A stretch of DNA of 64,000 bases from an uncultured Chloroflexia bacterium (GCA_963768655.1 CAVYIM010000003.1:288001-352000), one strand, 5' to 3'. Positions 50,637-59,270 are shown, counted from the stretch's first letter. Translations and numbers: made by a program. The notes: generated by a model from the sequence alone, not told the origin.

Positions 50637-51950
50637 TCAGTCGCGCTCGATCTCGAGCCTCAGGAAGTGCGTAGCGCAGCTTATGCAGGGGTCGTAGGCC
50701 CGTATCAGCTGCTCGAGCCGCACGGTGGCCTCGGCGTGGGTCAGGGACAGGACCTGCGGTGCGAACGCCGCCAGATCCTGCTCGATCATGCCCTGGTTCT
50801 GGCCCGTTGGGGCGATGATCTGGGCCGCCAGAACGCGCCCGTTGTCGTCGACGTCGTAGTGGTGCCAGCAGATGCCCCGCGGCGCCTCCGAGCCCCAGCC
50901 CGTCTCGCCGGCCCGGGGCGTCCACGGAACAGATGGCCGGGCCGGCTCCTCGTACGACTTGACGATGTCGAGCGCCGAAGCGGAGGCGTGGATCAGTTCC
51001 ACCGCGCGAGCGGCGATGCTCCAGTACGGGTTGCGGGCGATCTGCCTGGCCAGGCCGCTGGCATCCAGTGCCTCGCGGGCGATCGGGTGGAGCTGGTCGG
51101 CGTTGAGGGTCACGCGCGCTGCCGGCCCGAGCATGTACGTTCGGCCGTCCTCGGTCCGGGCGTGCAGAGCGTTGGTGCCCTCGTGCTGCTCTTCGCGGAA
51201 GGCTTCGCGCCAGCCCCAGATCGGCACGTCGATTCCATCGGAGGAGACGATGCGGCCGTCGTTGAGGCCGTACTCGATCGGGTGCTTGATGGCGACGTAG
51301 AGGGGGTCCCGCTCGAATGCCGGCGCCTTGAACGCGGCGACGATCTTGAGCGTCGCCTTCGAGAGGTCAAGGGCTTCCTTGAGGGGCTCGCGTAGCGCCT
51401 CGATCTCCGCCTTGCTCGGGGTCCTGGACAGGCCGCCGACGCGCATCGCCACGGGGTGGATCGCCCGGCCGCCGATCAGCTTCATGATCTCGTTGCCGGT
51501 CCGCTTGAGCCGGAGCGCCTGCTCGACGATGTGCTTGTGATCGCGGGCCATGGCGATCGCGCTCTCGTAGCCCAGGAAGTCCGGGGCGTGGAGCATGTAG
51601 ACGTGGAGGGCATGGCTCTCGATCCACTCGCCCCAGTAGAAGAGCCGGCGGAGCGCCTTCACCTGGGGGTCGACTTCGACCTCGAACAGGTGCTCGAAGG
51701 CCATCGAGGCACCCATCTGGTAGGCGACCGGGCAGATGCCGCAGATTCGGGCGACGATGTCGACGGTCTCGTTGGGAGTCCGCCCGACGACCAGCTTCTC
51801 GAAGTACCGGGGCGCCTCGAAGATCGAAAGGCGCGCTTCGCGCACCTCACCGTCGGTGATGCGGAGCTTGAGCGTCCCCTCGCCTTCGACCCGCGCGATC
51901 CCTACGACTTCGAAGTTGTGCTCGTTGGTCGCGGTGTCGGCTTTGGCCAT
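50637..51950 (-). CDS. NiFe-hydrogenase large (alpha) subunit, group 3b-like
   Basis: ARVEGEG, L1 motif ARICGICPVAY, EAPRG, L2 motif RAYDPCISCATH followed by a short cleavable tail. Confidence 0.93.
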   Translation of the reverse strand: MAKADTATNEHNFEVVGIARVEGEGTLKLRITDGEVREARLSIFEAPRYFEKLVVGRTPNETVDIVARICGICPVAYQMGASMAFEHLFEVEVDPQVKALRRLFYWGEWIESHALHVYMLHAPDFLGYESAIAMARDHKHIVEQALRLKRTGNEIMKLIGGRAIHPVAMRVGGLSRTPSKAEIEALREPLKEALDLSKATLKIVAAFKAPAFERDPLYVAIKHPIEYGLNDGRIVSSDGIDVPIWGWREAFREEQHEGTNALHARTEDGRTYMLGPAARVTLNADQLHPIAREALDASGLARQIARNPYWSIAARAVELIHASASALDIVKSYEEPARPSVPWTPRAGETGWGSEAPRGICWHHYDVDDNGRVLAAQIIAPTGQNQGMIEQDLAAFAPQVLSLTHAEATVRLEQLIRAYDPCISCATHFLRLEIERD

Positions 51951-52125
51951 TCTGGTCCACCTGGCTGCTGCTTCCCCATCTAGACTGGGGCCATCCGAGG
52001 TTGCCCCATCGTCCACCGGGCGGCATAGGGCCGTTTGTCGTCCCGCAGCGGGCCCACACGTTCCCGGAAGCGGGGGCCGCCGGCGCGCGGTCATCATGGC
52101 CGGCCACTCCAGACCTCTGTGGGCG

Positions 52126-52320
52126 GTTTCCTGCAGATACGGCTACCAGGCGTGTTGGACGCAAGGGACGTGGCGCCATGTGGGCGCGGCGCCTGCGCGC
52201 GGCCGGATCCACGCTCGTCGGCGTGCGCCCCCGACTCCATGTGAGGCCCGCGATGGGGCCCGCGCCGGGCGGCACGGGCCCGACCCGCGTCCAGCACGCC
52301 TACCAGGCGTAGCTGACGAA
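52126..52320. repeat. Double-dyad (REPIN/attC-like) intergenic element, copy 2
   Basis: CAGATACGGC-TACCA-GGCGTGTTG ... CAGCACGCC-TACCA-GGCGTAGCTG. Confidence 0.75.
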
Positions 52321-52383
52321 TAGCCGCCCGCCTCGCCCCGGAACGAAATCGGCGCCGCGCGCGGCCTCGGCTATAGTCGCGGC

Positions 52384-53466
52384 GTGAACCTGCCGTTCGT
52401 GCCGCCGATCGAGCCGATGCTGGCGAAGCTCGCCGACGAGATCCCCACCGGTGCCGGCTGGCAGTACGAGCCCAAGTGGGACGGTTTCCGGGCGCTCGTC
52501 TTCCGCGACGGCGACGACGTCTTCATCCAGAGCCGCGACCTGCGGCCGCTCGATCGTTACTTCCCCGAGCTGCCGCCCGCGCTGCGGGCCAATCTGCCGG
52601 AGCGGTGCGTGCTCGATGGCGAGGTAGTCATCGCCGGATCAAACGGTCTCGACTTCGACTCGTTGCTGCTGCGCATCCACCCGGCCGAATCTCGCGTGAA
52701 GCTGCTCGCGGCGCAGACCCCCGCCAGCTACGTGGCCTGGGATCTCCTCGCCTTCGACGACCGCGACCTGCGCGCCGCTCCTCAGGGCGAGCGCCGCGCG
52801 CTGCTCGAGGTGGCGCTGCGCGAAGTCGCGCCGCCGATCCACCTGACGCCCGCCACCCGCGATCCCGATCGTGCCGCCGATTGGTTCAACCGCTTCGAGG
52901 GCGCGGGGCTGGACGGGGTCGTGGCCAAGCGGCTGACGGACGTCTATCAGCCGGGGAAGCGGGGCTGGACCAAGATCAAGCACGCCCGAACGGCGGACTG
53001 CGTCGTTGCCGGATTCCGCTGGCACAAGAACGGGCCCGGGACCATGGTCGGGTCGCTGCTGCTGGGCCTATTCGACGACACCGGGCGGCTGAACCACGTC
53101 GGCATCACCGCCAGCTTCACGACGGAGAAGCGAGTCGCCCTGGTGGCCGAGCTCGCGCCGCTGCGCGAGAACGCCCTCGACGGGCATCCCTGGGCCGAAT
53201 GGGCCGAATGGGAGGCCGCCGCCCGCGAGTCCGGCCAGCGCCTGCCAGGTGCCGTGAGCCGCTGGAACCGCGACCGCGACCTGACCTGGGAGCCGCTCCG
53301 GGCCGAGCGAGTCTGCGAGGTGGGGTACGACCACCTGCAGGGAGATCGCTTCCGCCACGCCACGACGTTCCTGCGCTGGCGCCCCGACAAGCGTCCCTCG
53401 GACTGCCGCTACGACCAGCTGGAGTCGACTGCACCCTTCGAGCTCGGGGAGATCTTCGGGCGATAG
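52384..53466 (+). CDS. ligC: ATP-dependent DNA ligase (LigC type)
   Basis: PMLAK, YEPKWDGFR, LDGE, GLDGVVAK, KIKH.RTADCVV.GFR, FRH...F.RWRPDK. Confidence 0.93.
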   Translation: MNLPFVPPIEPMLAKLADEIPTGAGWQYEPKWDGFRALVFRDGDDVFIQSRDLRPLDRYFPELPPALRANLPERCVLDGEVVIAGSNGLDFDSLLLRIHPAESRVKLLAAQTPASYVAWDLLAFDDRDLRAAPQGERRALLEVALREVAPPIHLTPATRDPDRAADWFNRFEGAGLDGVVAKRLTDVYQPGKRGWTKIKHARTADCVVAGFRWHKNGPGTMVGSLLLGLFDDTGRLNHVGITASFTTEKRVALVAELAPLRENALDGHPWAEWAEWEAAARESGQRLPGAVSRWNRDRDLTWEPLRAERVCEVGYDHLQGDRFRHATTFLRWRPDKRPSDCRYDQLESTAPFELGEIFGR

Positions 53467-53549
53467 CCAGCGGGAGGACGGGCGAGCGGTCCGGCAGGCT
53501 CACGCGGCCAGCCCGAACTGCCCACCGCGGGGTGAGTCGGGCCCTGTCC

Positions 53550-53777
53550 TTTCCCAATTCCCACCACAATGACCTTCGGCAAAGCCGAGGCTGGCGAGTC
53601 GGCCGAGATCGGCCCCCGGACTCTGAGATCGGGCGTCAATAGGGCCCGTAAGCTCGGAACGAAACCGCGAGAGATTCGTCGTGGCGAGATTCCGGAGCCA
53701 GCAGGGTCGGCGTCGCAAGCCATGGGCTCCGCCGGCCCACCTCCTTGCTCAATGCCCACGTGGCGGGAATTCGGAAA
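53550..53777. repeat. Intergenic element bounded by ~35-bp imperfect inverted repeats (MITE/REPIN-like)
   Basis: TTTCCCAATTCCCACCACA versus CGTGGCGGGAATTCGGAAA (16/19 complementary; ~25/35 when extended). Confidence 0.55.
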
Positions 53778-53819
53778 CTTCCCTTGCCCGGGCTGCGCCG
53801 CCTCCATCAGGCCAGCGGA

Positions 53820-55172
53820 TCAGCGGACGGCCGACCACGGGTCGTAGTCGACCTCGAGGGGTTCCTGCGGCGGCCGCTCCGAGGCGGGCACGTGCTCGAG
53901 GTTGACGCGGATGCGGTACCACAGAGTGAAGCGGCCGCGCATCGAGTCGACCAGCAGGTCGGCCGGCTCCAGGTGTGCGACGGCGCCGGCGTGGCGGGAC
54001 TTCCAGCGCTCGAAGGCAGCCAGGGCTTCCTCCTTGGTGGCCGCGCGGGCGATCTCGATCAACGGTTTGGTGGAGGCGCGGCGGCCGGTGGGCGAAGGCC
54101 GACGGTCGCTCGGAGCGGTGACATGGGCCGAACCGTCGCTGCCGGCCGCTTCGGCGGCCGCGCCGTCGGTGTGCGCTCGTGCCCGCGACGGCATGACCCG
54201 CGGCGGCTCGCCCGGCGCCTTGGCGTAGTGGGGCGGCCACGGCGCGTCGCCCAGGCCCGCCTTCGCCTGCCGGGCGGACAGCTCCAGCAAAGCTTCCAGC
54301 GAACCCATCGCTTCATCGATCCCGGCCGCCGGGTCGCCGATCCGGGCGAATCGCGCGGGCACCGTGGCGATCGTGAAATCGCCCAGCTCGCATTCGGGTA
54401 GTTCCTCCCACGTCACCGGCGCCGAGACGCGGGCGTCGGGAACCGGCCGGACCGAGTAGGCGGATGCGACCGTTCGGTCCTTGGCGTTCTGGTTGTAGTC
54501 GATGAAGACGCCGTGGCGCTCTTCCTTCCACCACTTGCTGGTCGCGATCTGCGGGGCGCGCCGCTCAACCTCCCGCGCCAGGGCGAGCGCCGCCCGCCGG
54601 ACCTCGTCGAATGACCAGCGTCGCTCGATCCGAACGTTGACGTGGATGCCACGCGAGCCCGAAGTCTTGGGCCAGCCGACCAGGCCGAGGTCTGCCAGCG
54701 CGTCACGCGTGACAAGTGCCACGCGCCGGATATCGTCCCAGGGGACGCCGGGGACGGGGTCGAGATCGACCCGCAGCTCGTCCGGATGGTCCAGGTCGTC
54801 GACGCGGACGGCATGCGGGTTGAGGTCCAGGCAACCGAGGTTGGCCACCCAGGCCAGGCCGGCCGCCTCGTCGATGACGATCTCGTCGGCGGTTCGACCG
54901 GAGGGGAACGTCAGCTCGACCGTGCGGATCCATTCGGGCCGGGATTCGGGCGCGCGCTTCTGGAAGAAGAATTCGCCTTCGGCCCCGTTGACGTAGCGCT
55001 TGAGCGCCATCGGGCGGCCGCCCGCGCCCCTCAGCGCTCCATCGGCGACCGCGATGTAGTAGGCGACGAGATCGCGTTTCGTGTAGCCGGGTCCGGCGAA
55101 GAACACCTTGTCCGGATTGCTGATCGCGACCTGCCTGCCGGAAACCGTGACGATCTCGCTGTGCGCTGGCAT
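53820..55172 (-). CDS. LigD-polymerase-like archaeo-eukaryotic primase (Prim-PolC type) with C-terminal extension
   Basis: ISNPDKV, FFQKR, ELRVDLDP, KTSGSRGIH, WWKEER.GVFIDYNQNA.DRT.ASAYSVR. Confidence 0.92.
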   Translation of the reverse strand: MPAHSEIVTVSGRQVAISNPDKVFFAGPGYTKRDLVAYYIAVADGALRGAGGRPMALKRYVNGAEGEFFFQKRAPESRPEWIRTVELTFPSGRTADEIVIDEAAGLAWVANLGCLDLNPHAVRVDDLDHPDELRVDLDPVPGVPWDDIRRVALVTRDALADLGLVGWPKTSGSRGIHVNVRIERRWSFDEVRRAALALAREVERRAPQIATSKWWKEERHGVFIDYNQNAKDRTVASAYSVRPVPDARVSAPVTWEELPECELGDFTIATVPARFARIGDPAAGIDEAMGSLEALLELSARQAKAGLGDAPWPPHYAKAPGEPPRVMPSRARAHTDGAAAEAAGSDGSAHVTAPSDRRPSPTGRRASTKPLIEIARAATKEEALAAFERWKSRHAGAVAHLEPADLLVDSMRGRFTLWYRIRVNLEHVPASERPPQEPLEVDYDPWSAVR

Positions 55173-55201
55173 GGCCGAACGATAGCGCCTCGAACGCGAT
55201 A

Positions 55202-55738
55202 TCAGTCGTAGGGCCGGCTACGCTCCAGGAGCTCGGCCAGCGTCTCGAGCTCGGGCGCAGTGAACGACTCGAGGAAGTACCGGCGGACTGCCGCCAGGTG
55301 CCCGGGCGTCGCCTCGGCCAGCCGGCTCGCGCCTGCGGCCGTCAGGACCGCGAAGTAGCCACGTGCGTCCGAGGCGCACCTGACGCGGCCGACCAGGCCG
55401 TCGGCGGTCAGCCTGTCGATGAGGCGAGTGATCCCGGCTCGGCTCAGAAGAACTCGATCCGCCAGCTCGTTCATGCGCAAGCGTCGCCCATCGGCCATTG
55501 CCAGCTGGAACAGGACGTCGTACTCGGCCAGCGGTAGGGCGCTGTTGACGAGGAGGTCCGCCTCGAGACAACGTGCCACGACGGCATGCCGGGTCAGGAA
55601 CGCCCGCCAGGCGCGTGACTCAACGGGCTCGAGAGCCGCGGCGAGCATGGTCTCGGGGGTGTCCACGACGCCCGGTGTCTGTGGCGGGCCGGCGACCTCT
55701 GAGCCGGCGACTTCCGGGCCGGCGGCGTGCTGCTCCAT
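55202..55738 (-). CDS. MarR-family transcriptional regulator
   Basis: EYDVL..L, LRMNELA...LSRAGITRLIDRL...GLV.R....DARG..AVLT..G. Confidence 0.92.
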   Translation of the reverse strand: MEQHAAGPEVAGSEVAGPPQTPGVVDTPETMLAAALEPVESRAWRAFLTRHAVVARCLEADLLVNSALPLAEYDVLFQLAMADGRRLRMNELADRVLLSRAGITRLIDRLTADGLVGRVRCASDARGYFAVLTAAGASRLAEATPGHLAAVRRYFLESFTAPELETLAELLERSRPYD

Positions 55739-55767
55739 GACAGCTCCTTCGTATTCCCCCCTTGCAA

Positions 55768-55815
55768 ATCGTTGCGTGCTCAATTACTATAGCACTTAGT
55801 TGCTTAGTGAACGAT
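55768..55815. promoter_or_regulatory. AT-rich divergent promoter with putative MarR operator dyads
   Basis: GTTGCGTGCTCAAT and AGTTGCTTAGTGAAC imperfect dyads between the marR-family gene and yceI. Confidence 0.4.
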
Positions 55816-55858
55816 CCGAGTTGGGTCCACGAGAGCACGAAGCGTCAGGAGACACGAG

Positions 55859-56419
55859 ATGAGTAACTGGGACCTGGACCCAGCCCATTCGCAGATCGAG
55901 TTTGCCGTCAAGCACATGATGGTTTCGACGGTTCGCGGCCAGTTCCGCAAGTTCGCCGTGGCGGTGGACTTCGACGAAGCCAACCCGGAGCGCTCGACAG
56001 TCGAGGCGCATATTGACGCATCGAGCATCGATACGGGCATGGAGGCTCGCGATGCGCACCTCCGGAGCGCGGATTTCTTCGACGCAGCGGCGTATCCGGA
56101 ACTCGTGTTCCGCAGTACGCACATCGAGCGTGACGGCGATGGCTATCGGATCGACGGAGACCTGACGATCCGCGGCGAGACGCGGCCGGTGACCCTGCAA
56201 GCTGAGATCGGCGGCGTGGTGCCGAACATGCAGGGTGGGCGTCGAGCGGGCTTCTCCGCTTCGACGAAGATCAGCCGCAAGGATTGGGGGCTCACCTGGA
56301 ATGGCGTCCTCGAGAGCGGCGGTGTTCTCGTCAGCGACGACGTCAAGATCTCGATCGAAGTTGCTGCCGTGCAGGCCGAAGCCGCGGCCTCGAGGGTCGG
56401 CGCCGCCAGTGCGGCCTGA
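55859..56419 (+). CDS. yceI: YceI-family (polyisoprenoid-binding) protein
   Basis: WDLDPAHSQIEFAVKHMMVSTVRGQF, RDAHLRSADFFD, GDLTIRG. Confidence 0.94.
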   Translation: MSNWDLDPAHSQIEFAVKHMMVSTVRGQFRKFAVAVDFDEANPERSTVEAHIDASSIDTGMEARDAHLRSADFFDAAAYPELVFRSTHIERDGDGYRIDGDLTIRGETRPVTLQAEIGGVVPNMQGGRRAGFSASTKISRKDWGLTWNGVLESGGVLVSDDVKISIEVAAVQAEAAASRVGAASAA

Positions 56420-56447
56420 CCCTCGCCGAGGGTTCCTCGCCAAAGAG

Positions 56448-56478
56448 AACGGCCGCCGGGAAGACCCGGCGGCCGTTT
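56448..56478. terminator. Hairpin terminator between convergent genes
   Basis: AACGGCCGCCGGG-AAGA-CCCGGCGGCCGTT(T). Confidence 0.75.
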
Positions 56479-56499
56479 CCACGTGGCGGCAGTGGCGAC

Positions 56500-57207
56500 T
56501 CAGTCCTCCGTCGGCATGTGGAGGTACATGCTCTGGATGCCGATCCGACCCGGGCCGGTGAAGCGGTTGAAGATCAGGTTGCCCGATCCGCTCAGGATTC
56601 CCATCCGCAGACCGACCATCTTGATCTCCATGGCCACGGTCGGATCCTTGTAGACCCAACCGCCCGGCTCGACGTCGAAGGTCTCGCCCGGTCCGAGGAC
56701 GCGCTCGAAGACGTTGCCGTAGCCGTGGAGCCAGACGGTCCCCCCGCCCTGGCCGCCGGTGAAGGTGTCGATGAAGAACCCCGTGCCGCCGAACAGCATG
56801 TTCCCGACGCCGCGCAGTCGGCGGTAGCTGTAGTCGACGTTCGCGGTCGCGGCCAGGAACTGGTGCTCGCGCACCTCGAGCGACTGGCCCGGGGCCAGAA
56901 TCAGATGGAAGACGTGGCCCACTCCGTCCCGGCTGAAGGCGATCTGGCCGGCTCCCTTCGCCTCGGTCATGAAGATCGGCATGCCGGCGATCACACGCTT
57001 GAAGGTGCCCTTCATGGCGTGGATCCCGATGTCCAGGCTGGGCGTCTTCCAGAGCAGGATGTGGTGCTCGAAGTAGACCGGCATCGTGCCGTCGAGCTCC
57101 AACGTCAGCATCGGCACCAGCTCGCCGTCCGTGCGGAATTGGACGCCCGGGCCCTGCCCCTCGTCCACCGAGGTCGGGAGCAGCTTCGGGATGTAGTCCG
57201 TATGCAT
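56500..57207 (-). CDS. AIM24 (DUF124/TRAP-like) family protein
   Basis: VREHQFLAAT, LFGGTGFFIDTF, WLHGYGNVFE..L.PGE, FTGPGRIGIQSM; AGGAGG SD. Confidence 0.88.
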   Translation of the reverse strand: MHTDYIPKLLPTSVDEGQGPGVQFRTDGELVPMLTLELDGTMPVYFEHHILLWKTPSLDIGIHAMKGTFKRVIAGMPIFMTEAKGAGQIAFSRDGVGHVFHLILAPGQSLEVREHQFLAATANVDYSYRRLRGVGNMLFGGTGFFIDTFTGGQGGGTVWLHGYGNVFERVLGPGETFDVEPGGWVYKDPTVAMEIKMVGLRMGILSGSGNLIFNRFTGPGRIGIQSMYLHMPTED

Positions 57208-57439
57208 CGCGTCCTCCTGATGGCCGCTCACGAGACGTCGCGGCCCCTCCACTTTAGGGCAGTGGAGGGGCCGCGCGCGCCCATGTTTGCGAGGCCGACT
57301 GCGGCGGGCGTCGCTGGGGTGGGGCCGCCGAGCTAATGTCGATGATCCCCGCCGGATGCTCGGCCGCCTCACGGCGGGTCGGGCGAGGCTACGGCGGATA
57401 AGATTGCTTCCAGATTGCGCCATTGTTGAGGAGGTCCAC

Positions 57440-57916
57440 ATGGAGACGAAGACGCCGGCTGGCAGTGCGGTCGTCCGCCAGTCGCGGTTCAACCGTTTCA
57501 TGGCCCGCTGGCTGGCTTCACCGTTCGGCGTCCTGTCGGGCCGCGTCGTGCTCGTCCGCTACACCGGCCGGACCTCCGGGCTCCGACGCCAGCTCCCCGT
57601 CAATTGCGAACCGTTCGAGAATGGCTATCTGATCCGCGTCGGGCGGCCGGAGCAGAAGCGCTGGTGGCGCAACTTCAGCACGCCGTGGCCGGTCGAGCTG
57701 GTGCGGAAGGGCCGCCGGATCCGTGGCTCGGCCGTCGCGGTTCCCGGAACCACCGGCAGCGGTCAGCGCATCGCGGCGGGCTACTTCGCCACTCACCACG
57801 GCGCTGCGAAGCGGGCCGGCCTGCCGAAGATGCACAAGGGCGAGCTGCCGACGCCGGAAGCGCTACAGGCCGCGGCCGCGACGCTGACCTTCGTCGTCGT
57901 GACGCCCGAGCGCTAG
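57440..57916 (+). CDS. Split-barrel, deazaflavin-dependent nitroreductase-like protein
   Basis: N...ARWLASP, L.RYTGRTSG.RR.LPV, KRWWRNF. Confidence 0.7.
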   Translation: METKTPAGSAVVRQSRFNRFMARWLASPFGVLSGRVVLVRYTGRTSGLRRQLPVNCEPFENGYLIRVGRPEQKRWWRNFSTPWPVELVRKGRRIRGSAVAVPGTTGSGQRIAAGYFATHHGAAKRAGLPKMHKGELPTPEALQAAAATLTFVVVTPER

Positions 57917-57998
57917 GGACGATCGCCGGCAACGGCCCGGCGCTCCTCGTATAGGCGAGCCCAATGACGGCGATCCGTCGTGATACCATCCCGCTCGC

Positions 57999-58035
57999 GC
58001 CGACATAGCTCAGCGGTAGAGCAGTTGTCTCGTAA
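57999..58035 (+). pseudogene. 5'-half relic of a different tRNA-Thr(CGT) allele
   Basis: GCCGACA-TA-GCTCAGCGGTAGAGC-A-GTTGT-CTCGTAA, with no T-arm or 3' acceptor strand following. Confidence 0.8.
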
Positions 58036-58053
58036 GCTGCCGCCGCGCTTCTA

Positions 58054-58128
58054 GCCGCCTTAGCTCAGTGGTAGAGCAGTGGTTTCGTAAACCACAGGTC
58101 CAGGGTTCGAATCCCTGAGGCGGCTCCA
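58054..58128 (+). tRNA. tRNA-Thr (anticodon CGT)
   Basis: Full cloverleaf: acceptor GCCGCCT/AGGCGGC, D-arm, anticodon arm GTGGT-TTCGTAA-ACCAC, T-arm CAGGG-TTCGAAT-CCCTG, encoded CCA. Confidence 0.97.
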
Positions 58129-59214
58129 CTCCTCTCGTTGATCGAAACCTCGCGGTTGGTCGTGGCTTTCGACGCTCACGGTTTCGCGCGCAGAACGGCC
58201 GCAGAAGTCATCGGGAAGTCGGCCTGCGTCGAGCCATCCACGCCGTGCTAGCGCACCGGTTTGGCCGAGTCGAGCGGCTCGCCTCGCTCGAGACGCCGGA
58301 GCTCCTCGGCGGTTAGAAAGTGGCGACGACAGGCCATCACGGCGCCCCGCGTGAAGAGGATCGTGCCGAGGCGCTGGACCCAGGCATCGAGGATGGGGTC
58401 CTCGTACCGATACTGGTCCATGGAGAAACTGATGATGCCCTGGGCCCACCGAGCGGCATACTCCTCCGGCGACAGACCCTTGTCGAACTCGCGTCTCATG
58501 ACTTTCTCGCGGAACGGATCGGCGAGGGGTCGGCTGTCCGGGTCGGGCGTTCTGGCCTCCGCCAGCAGGGCCTCGAGTTCGTCCCAATCCACTCGGTGCG
58601 GCATCTGTCCTGGTATCAGCCAGGTCGGGAGTGGCGTCGTCTTGGGGATCGGCAGCCCAACAAGGGCCCGAGCCGTCCATATCGGGATCTCGAAGGTCTC
58701 GCCCTTCTGATCTCCGTCGAGGACCAGGAGCTTCGCAGTTCGCCAACGGTAGCCGAGCGGGCCGAAACGGCGTCGCGCTAGCCCTCTGAAGCCGACGATG
58801 AGGAGTGCCGTGCCGTCGGCCAGCGCGATCTTCGGGCCAACCCATGGAAGCTTCCAGCGAGGGTGGCGCACGATGACGGTCGCCCCAAGGTCCGGATACC
58901 AGCTCATGCCGGCAGTCTGTCATGAGCTTCGTGACACGGCAACGACCAAGGGCTCTCGCGGGAACCAACAACGCGTCCAGGGGTGGTGCGACAGCCGTAA
59001 GCCCCTCCGGAGGCGTTACCTCTCCAGCCGTCTCAGGCTGCTAGCCCCAGGTAGCATCATTCGTGGAGAGCCAACCGCGTCAATTCGCATTTAGACCCCC
59101 CGCATAGACCCCCCAACAACAAACCCCCCACGCTCAGCTCACGCTCAACTGGGTCTGACCGACAGTGGTTTCGTAAACCACAGGTCCAGGGTTCGAATCC
59201 CTGAGGCGGCTCCA
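58077..59214. mobile_element. tRNA-anchored mini genomic islet bounded by 52-bp direct repeats, no integrase
   Basis: 58077-58128 is identical to 59163-59214; TAGACCCCCC occurs twice at 59092 and 59105. Confidence 0.85.
58248..58907 (-). CDS. Hypothetical protein (sole islet cargo)
   Basis: 219-aa ORF inside the att repeats; no family recognised. Confidence 0.65.
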   Translation of the reverse strand: MSWYPDLGATVIVRHPRWKLPWVGPKIALADGTALLIVGFRGLARRRFGPLGYRWRTAKLLVLDGDQKGETFEIPIWTARALVGLPIPKTTPLPTWLIPGQMPHRVDWDELEALLAEARTPDPDSRPLADPFREKVMRREFDKGLSPEEYAARWAQGIISFSMDQYRYEDPILDAWVQRLGTILFTRGAVMACRRHFLTAEELRRLERGEPLDSAKPVR

Positions 59215-59270
59215 TCCCTTCCCTGCGATCGTCCTCTGCGACACCCGGCTGCGCCCGCAGTCGAGGAGGC

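Noticed and set aside
52144-52305. TACCA on both sides of a 14-bp inverted repeat, first read as a MITE with a 5-bp TSD
   Set aside because: The homologous copy at 21.6 kb has different N5 spacers (CGCCA, CACGG) and conservation extends outside them, so TACCA is an internal spacer rather than a TSD.
59163-59214. Second tRNA-Thr gene
   Set aside because: It lacks the 5' acceptor strand and D-arm; it is the att duplication.
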